A DNA stretch of 32,000 nucleotides. Source: Patescibacteria group bacterium. Its GTDB lineage: Bacteria > Patescibacteriota > Patescibacteriia > 2-01-FULL-39-33. Below the pieces are notes generated by a model. That model saw only the letters and a program-made list of their open reading frames with translations. It was not told the DNA's origin and ran no database searches. Location of the stretch: NCBI GenBank assembly GCA_041662745.1, contig JBAZRV010000002.1, positions 120,001 to 152,000 on the forward strand. The letters run 5' to 3'. Shown here piece after piece: positions 27,884 through 32,000 of this stretch. The stretch's first letter is position 1. Every line of letters begins with the position of its first letter. Made by a program: the position numbers and the translations under genes.

Positions 27884-28879
27884 TTAGGATTTATTAAATT
27901 CAACATGCCAACCCATAAAATCAGATTGACTTAGTGAACAATTCTGGCATAGCTTATATTTTTTGCATAAACCATCTTTTCTAACTTGTTTTGCTTCGGG
28001 GCTGAAGAATTGTTTCAACAATTTCGATCCTTTAATATTAGGCATTTTGACATCGGTATTCACATCAATACAGCAAAGTCCCAGATCGCCATTCCAGCAA
28101 ACAACGGCCTGAGTCAGCGGTACGGTGCAGACGGTTTTTTTGATTTTTGATTTTTTTCGTAAATATTTTTCATTTTTTGGCAGTAGATACTGGTATTTAT
28201 CACGCATCTCCAGTGTTGTCACCGAACCCAAGCTTAAGGATTTAAATTGGATGCTGTCAGCCCCAATGGATCGTGCCCAATCCAGGATTTTAGTATTTTC
28301 ATTTTCCGAAAACGATGTTAATAGGGATTGAATACAAACGCTCGGATACTGACGATTCAAGTTGCGTTTTATTGTTAAGAAATTTTCAATATTTTGTTTA
28401 ACTGTTTCAAAATTAGAGCCAAAACGGTAGGCCTCATGTGATTCTTTAGTGGCGCCATCAAGGCAGAGATGAATTAATTTTAAATCCGCCGCTATTATTT
28501 TTTTTGATAATTCTTCTGATAGCATCATGGCGTTGGTGCTTAAGAAGGTGTCATGACTATGCTGGCTGGCATAAGCAATAAATTGATCGATTTGAGGATG
28601 AAGCAATGGTTCGCCGGCAAAAATAAAAGTTATTCGCGGCTTATCTTGAAATTCTTTAAATTCGTCAATAATTGATTTATACATTTCAAAATCCATAAAA
28701 CCTCGTTCGCGGTTCATGGCAAAGTTCGTGGGACAGACCGGACAACGCAGATTACAATTATTTGTCACTTCAATCGCAATATCCTTAGGCGACTTGTCAA
28801 AGTTGCTTAATGGATAAAAGTTAGCCATGAGGCCAGCTATATCCCAAAAAAATTGAGATTTTTTAAGCTGTTTTATCAT
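27884..28879 (-). CDS. Radical SAM/SPASM-domain protein
   Basis: VTNNCNLRCPVCPTNFAM (CxxxCxxC), FIFAGEPLLHPQ, C-terminal CTVPLTQAVVCWNGDLGLCCIDV...CKKYKLCQNCS. Confidence 0.92.
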   Translation of the reverse strand: MIKQLKKSQFFWDIAGLMANFYPLSNFDKSPKDIAIEVTNNCNLRCPVCPTNFAMNRERGFMDFEMYKSIIDEFKEFQDKPRITFIFAGEPLLHPQIDQFIAYASQHSHDTFLSTNAMMLSEELSKKIIAADLKLIHLCLDGATKESHEAYRFGSNFETVKQNIENFLTIKRNLNRQYPSVCIQSLLTSFSENENTKILDWARSIGADSIQFKSLSLGSVTTLEMRDKYQYLLPKNEKYLRKKSKIKKTVCTVPLTQAVVCWNGDLGLCCIDVNTDVKMPNIKGSKLLKQFFSPEAKQVRKDGLCKKYKLCQNCSLSQSDFMGWHVEFNKS

Positions 28880-28949
28880 AATAAAATTTTACAAATTAAC
28901 GATCGCGGTATAAATCATATTTTTTAGCTTTGTTGCGTACTGAAATAAA

Positions 28950-30287
28950 TCACTGTCCTCGGCCGCCAAAAACAACCCCAATCGTCTTTAAGGTGATGCT
29001 TAAATCAAGAAGCAGCGAGCGGTTTTTTATATAATATAAATCATATTTTAGTTTTTCCACAGTTTCCTTTTGTGAACCGCCGTAAGCCGGACCCAGTAGC
29101 TGTGCCCAGCCGGCCAGTCCTGGTTTGACTAAGAGCCGTTCGCTGTAGAATGGTATCTCTTGCGCTAGGGTAGCAGTAAATTCCGGTCGTTCCGGCCTGG
29201 GGCCGATCAGTGACATTTCGCCCCGGAGAATATTAAGCAATTGAGGAATTTCGTCCAACCTGGTTTTTCTCATTATCCGGCCGAAACGGGTAACGCGCGC
29301 GTCATTTTTTGTCGCCCATTGAGCGCCGTTTTTTTCGGCATCCTTGACCATGGAACGGAACTTCATCGCCAAGAACTCCTTGCCATTTTTGCCCACCCGG
29401 ATTTGCCGGAAAATAACTGGTCCAGGGCTTTCTATCTTAATAATTAAAGCGATAAACGGCATTAGTGGGGTAGCAACTATTAAACCGGCAATTGCTAGAA
29501 TAACGTCTATTAGGCGCTTGAAAATCTCATAGGATTTTTTGGAGTTTTCAGTCAGGTTTTCCAAAAACCAGCCCAGCTCAATGGATTCTACCGGAACTTT
29601 CTGCGCAATGGTCTCGTAAAAATCAGTTAACCGATGCACGTCAATGCCCAGTGACAAGCAGTCAAAAATTTTCTTGGCGGTTGAGGCATCAGCATGCAGG
29701 GTATTATCGGCAGTTAAAATATCAATATTATTATCTATGCAATATTTTTTTAGATCTTCAGGTATCTGGCTGCTTACTTGCGCGACATAGCCCAACTGAG
29801 GCCGTTTTTTTATTTCTTCCAGCAGTTCGGCGGATAACGGATTATTGCCGATAATCAATACGTGGTTGGCGATTTGCGGCGATTTGATTAAACCGTAGAA
29901 TATTTTACGCCAACCAAATAAGAGAATAAAAGTTACAACCAAATCAATTATCAAGACCCTCTGCGGTTTAATTGAGGGGAAAAGTGGTGCGAGGAAATAA
30001 AATAAAAGGACAGCGATAATGCCGTTGATGATTATGGCTCGGCCGTAATTAGTCAAAAGCGAAAAATTATTGTAACTGATTTTAAGTTCGTAAAAATCAC
30101 TGATATAAAAAACCAATAGCCAAGCCATAAAGATAAATAAAAACGCTCCAGCATGGGTCGGCCAGTTTTCTGATGTGGTATTGCCCCAGTAACGCAAGAC
30201 CAATGTTAAATAAAGCGCCAGATAAAGGCAGCCAATGTCGCCCAAAAACAAGAAGAATTTTTTGGTTTTTAGTATAAAACCAGTCAT
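28950..30287 (-). CDS. Exopolysaccharide biosynthesis polyprenyl glycosylphosphotransferase (WbaP/WcaJ-like initiating enzyme)
   Basis: Four N-terminal TM helices, nucleotide-binding-like middle domain, catalytic domain FKRLIDVILAIAGLIVATPLMPFIALIIKIESPGPVIFRQIRVGKNGKEFLAMKFRSM...RLDEIPQLLNILRGEMSLIGPRPERPEF. ATG 30287 is an alternative to the TTG start at 30299. Confidence 0.95.
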   Translation of the reverse strand: MTGFILKTKKFFLFLGDIGCLYLALYLTLVLRYWGNTTSENWPTHAGAFLFIFMAWLLVFYISDFYELKISYNNFSLLTNYGRAIIINGIIAVLLFYFLAPLFPSIKPQRVLIIDLVVTFILLFGWRKIFYGLIKSPQIANHVLIIGNNPLSAELLEEIKKRPQLGYVAQVSSQIPEDLKKYCIDNNIDILTADNTLHADASTAKKIFDCLSLGIDVHRLTDFYETIAQKVPVESIELGWFLENLTENSKKSYEIFKRLIDVILAIAGLIVATPLMPFIALIIKIESPGPVIFRQIRVGKNGKEFLAMKFRSMVKDAEKNGAQWATKNDARVTRFGRIMRKTRLDEIPQLLNILRGEMSLIGPRPERPEFTATLAQEIPFYSERLLVKPGLAGWAQLLGPAYGGSQKETVEKLKYDLYYIKNRSLLLDLSITLKTIGVVFGGRGQ

Positions 30288-30312
30288 AGGATTAATCAAT
30301 TAACGAACTATT

Positions 30313-30340
30313 TATACCATATTTAGGAAGAAAAAACAAG
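30313..30340 (-). promoter_or_regulatory. Candidate promoter for the - strand run
   Basis: On the - strand: TTGTTT (30340-30335), 16 nt spacer, TATAAA (30318-30313), with a TG one base upstream of the -10 (TGGTATAAA). Confidence 0.45.
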
Positions 30341-30360
30341 TTTTATCTTAATTTAATTTG

Positions 30361-30369
30361 TGTTATAAT
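30361..30369 (+). promoter_or_regulatory. Candidate extended -10 promoter for the GtrA gene
   Basis: TGTTATAAT at 30361-30369 (TGnTATAAT), 26 nt before the ATG. The -35 is weak. Confidence 0.5.
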
Positions 30370-30395
30370 GAAACAGGGTCAAATGCCCGCTTTTT

Positions 30396-30827
30396 ATGTT
30401 AAAGACGTTAAAGGAAAAAATTTACCTGTTGCCGTTATTCAAGCGATCATTATTCAGGCAATTCATTAAGTTCTGCTTGGTTGGCACATCCAATTTCTTT
30501 GTTGATTTGGGCGTATATTGGCTGATGACTCGTTTGTTCGGCCTTCATTATCTTATTGCTTCGGTTATTTCTTTTTCCGTAGCCGTTACTTGGAGTTTTG
30601 AATTTAACCGTAAATGGACTTTCCGCCATCATAACAATAATCTAAAGCGACAGTACGTTAAATTTTTTATTGCCAATATCGTAAGCTTATCATTGAACTT
30701 GAGCCTTTTAAGCTTATTAATTGAATTAGCGCATGTCCCCGATTTGTGGGCCAAGACCCTTTCCGCTCTTATCGTGGCTATTTTTAATTTCAGCCTAAAC
30801 CGTTTTTGGACCTTTCGTCGCCAATAG
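30396..30827 (+). CDS. GtrA family membrane protein
   Basis: FIKFCLVGTSNFFVDLGVYWLMTRLFGLHYLIASVISFSVAVTWSFEFNRKWTFR...FNFSLNRFWTFRR is the classic GtrA pattern. Confidence 0.93.
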   Translation: MLKTLKEKIYLLPLFKRSLFRQFIKFCLVGTSNFFVDLGVYWLMTRLFGLHYLIASVISFSVAVTWSFEFNRKWTFRHHNNNLKRQYVKFFIANIVSLSLNLSLLSLLIELAHVPDLWAKTLSALIVAIFNFSLNRFWTFRRQ

Positions 30828-30828
30828 C

Positions 30829-30858
30829 TTGTTTGGCAATAAGGAATTATGTTATAAT
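30829..30858 (+). promoter_or_regulatory. Candidate promoter for the SDR gene
   Basis: TTGTTT (30829-30834), 18 nt spacer, TATAAT (30853-30858) within TGTTATAAT, the same extended -10 string as at 30361. Confidence 0.5.
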
Positions 30859-30903
30859 TTAAGTGTTAAGTTTTAGACTTTAGAAATTTTAACCATCAAG
30901 CCT

Positions 30904-31944
30904 ATGCCAGTTAAGAAGGCGATATTTGATAAAAAAAATATTTTGGTCGTCGGAGGAGCCGGATTTGTCGGTTCCAATCTTTGCGATGAACTGGTCAAGA
31001 CCGCCAAAGTTATCTGTCTTGATAATTTTATTACCGGCGATCAGTCCAATATCGCCCATCTGTTAGCCAATCCTGATTTCAAGTTTATAAATCATGATAT
31101 TATAAATCCGATTGAATTGGAAAGTCGTCCGGAATTAGCCGAGTTTAAAGTTGCTTTTCAGGGGGTGCAGGAAATTTATTTCTTGGCTTCGCCGACATCG
31201 CCCAAGGCTTATGTGGCACATCCGATAGAAACATTGTTAGTCAATTCAGTCGGCTTACGACACGCTTTGGATTTGGCGGTTAAGTACGAATCATCTATTT
31301 TATTCGCTTCGGCGCCGGCGGTTTATGGCGCCGGCACCGGTCCCATGCCGATCAAAGAGGATTATGTCGGTCCGGTTGATCAGTTCGGACCGCGCGCCTG
31401 TTATGCTGAGGCCAAGCGTTTTGGCGAGGCTTTAGTTAACAATTATCGTTTGACTCATAAGGTAAACACCAAGATAGCCAGGATTTTCAATTGCTATGGT
31501 CCGCGTTTGAGCTTAACCGACGGCCGAATGATTCCAGAAATGATTTCTGCCGCTTACAGCGGAACGGCAATCACTGTTTATGGCCAGGAAAGCGAGTTTG
31601 CTTCTTACTTTTATATTACCGATTTAATCCGCGGATTGATGAAATTGATGGAAAGCGGGGAAAGCGGTCCGGTCAATATGGCATCGGAATGGAAGATGGG
31701 CGTAACCGAAATCGCCAAAAAAATCATTGCCTTGACTAATTCTAAATCAGTGATTGAGTTTAAGGATCGTCCGGCTCATTTTGAAGCCCAGCCCCTGGCT
31801 AATATTTCTTTGGCTAAAGAAAAATTGGGTTGGTTCCCGATAATTTTAATGGATGAAGGCTTGCAAAAGACCATTGATTATTTAAGCGCGCAAAAGGGGA
31901 TTAGGCGTCCGGAAACAACCCTCGGTTCCGGCCGGGCGATTTAG
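30904..31944 (+). CDS. Extended SDR NAD-dependent epimerase/dehydratase, UDP-glucuronate-decarboxylase-like
   Basis: ILVVGGAGFVGSNLCDEL (GxxGxxG), CLDNFITGDQSNIAHLL, YAEAKR (YxxxK), RIFNCYGPRL, ITVYGQESEFASYFYITDLIRGL. Confidence 0.88.
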   Translation: MPVKKAIFDKKNILVVGGAGFVGSNLCDELVKTAKVICLDNFITGDQSNIAHLLANPDFKFINHDIINPIELESRPELAEFKVAFQGVQEIYFLASPTSPKAYVAHPIETLLVNSVGLRHALDLAVKYESSILFASAPAVYGAGTGPMPIKEDYVGPVDQFGPRACYAEAKRFGEALVNNYRLTHKVNTKIARIFNCYGPRLSLTDGRMIPEMISAAYSGTAITVYGQESEFASYFYITDLIRGLMKLMESGESGPVNMASEWKMGVTEIAKKIIALTNSKSVIEFKDRPAHFEAQPLANISLAKEKLGWFPIILMDEGLQKTIDYLSAQKGIRRPETTLGSGRAI

Positions 31945-31947
31945 CTT

Positions 31948-32000
31948 ATGAAATTGGCGATAATTATTCCGGCTTATAACGAAGCGGAAAAAATAAGCTC
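31948..32000 (+). CDS. Family 2 glycosyltransferase, 3' end truncated by the window edge
   Basis: ATG at 31948 encodes MKLAIIIPAYNEAEKIS, a typical GT2 N-terminus. Too short for the supplied ORF track. Confidence 0.75.
   Translation, partial: MKLAIIIPAYNEAEKIS

Noticed and set aside
5015-28879. RiPP (ribosomal peptide) system based on the radical SAM/SPASM genes at 5015, 14718 and 27884
   Set aside because: The flanking gaps are 4-70 nt with no small precursor-like ORF, and I saw no peptidase or RRE partner. The glycan context is a better explanation, although precursors elsewhere cannot be excluded.
1-32000. Alternative genetic code (TGA recoded, as in some CPR groups)
   Set aside because: The 28950 CDS ends naturally at TGA after the complete catalytic domain, and no long ORF appears to need TGA read-through.
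1-32000. CRISPR array, tRNA/rRNA, transposase or integrase, toxin-antitoxin or antiphage system
   Set aside because: I saw no spaced direct repeats, rRNA/tRNA-like stretches, or proteins with such motifs. Nearly all sequence is accounted for by glycan-related or radical SAM genes.

Overview
The window is a roughly 32 kb, gene-dense locus for surface glycan or glycolipid biosynthesis and modification. Overall style (about 40-45% GC where I counted, very tight gene packing, GtrA, GT2 and GT-C proteins) suggests an uncultivated, possibly CPR/Patescibacteria-like bacterium, but the taxonomy is inference. TGA acts as a normal stop at least at the 28950 CDS. The genes fall into a long + strand run (window start to 22554), a - strand run (30299 down to 22578), and a new + strand run from 30396 that leaves the window. 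The content is about 10 glycosyltransferases (GT4, GT2, GT9 and GT-C-like), a Wzx-like flippase, a polyprenyl glycosylphosphotransferase, two NodB-type deacetylases, three SAM methyltransferases, a GtrA protein, a UPF0104/LPG-synthase-like membrane protein and a UDP-glucuronate-decarboxylase-like SDR. The most striking feature is nine radical SAM enzymes: six with a B12-binding-type N-terminus and three of the short or SPASM-like type. Other items worth a second look are: the SDR lacks the usual Thr/Ser-Glu catalytic residues; a strongly AT-rich methyltransferase gene sits at the junction of the two convergent runs; and a strong hairpin encodes the C-terminus of the opposing gene with U/A tracts in the wrong polarity for a normal terminator. 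I found no CRISPR array, rRNA, tRNA, transposase or recognisable defence system.
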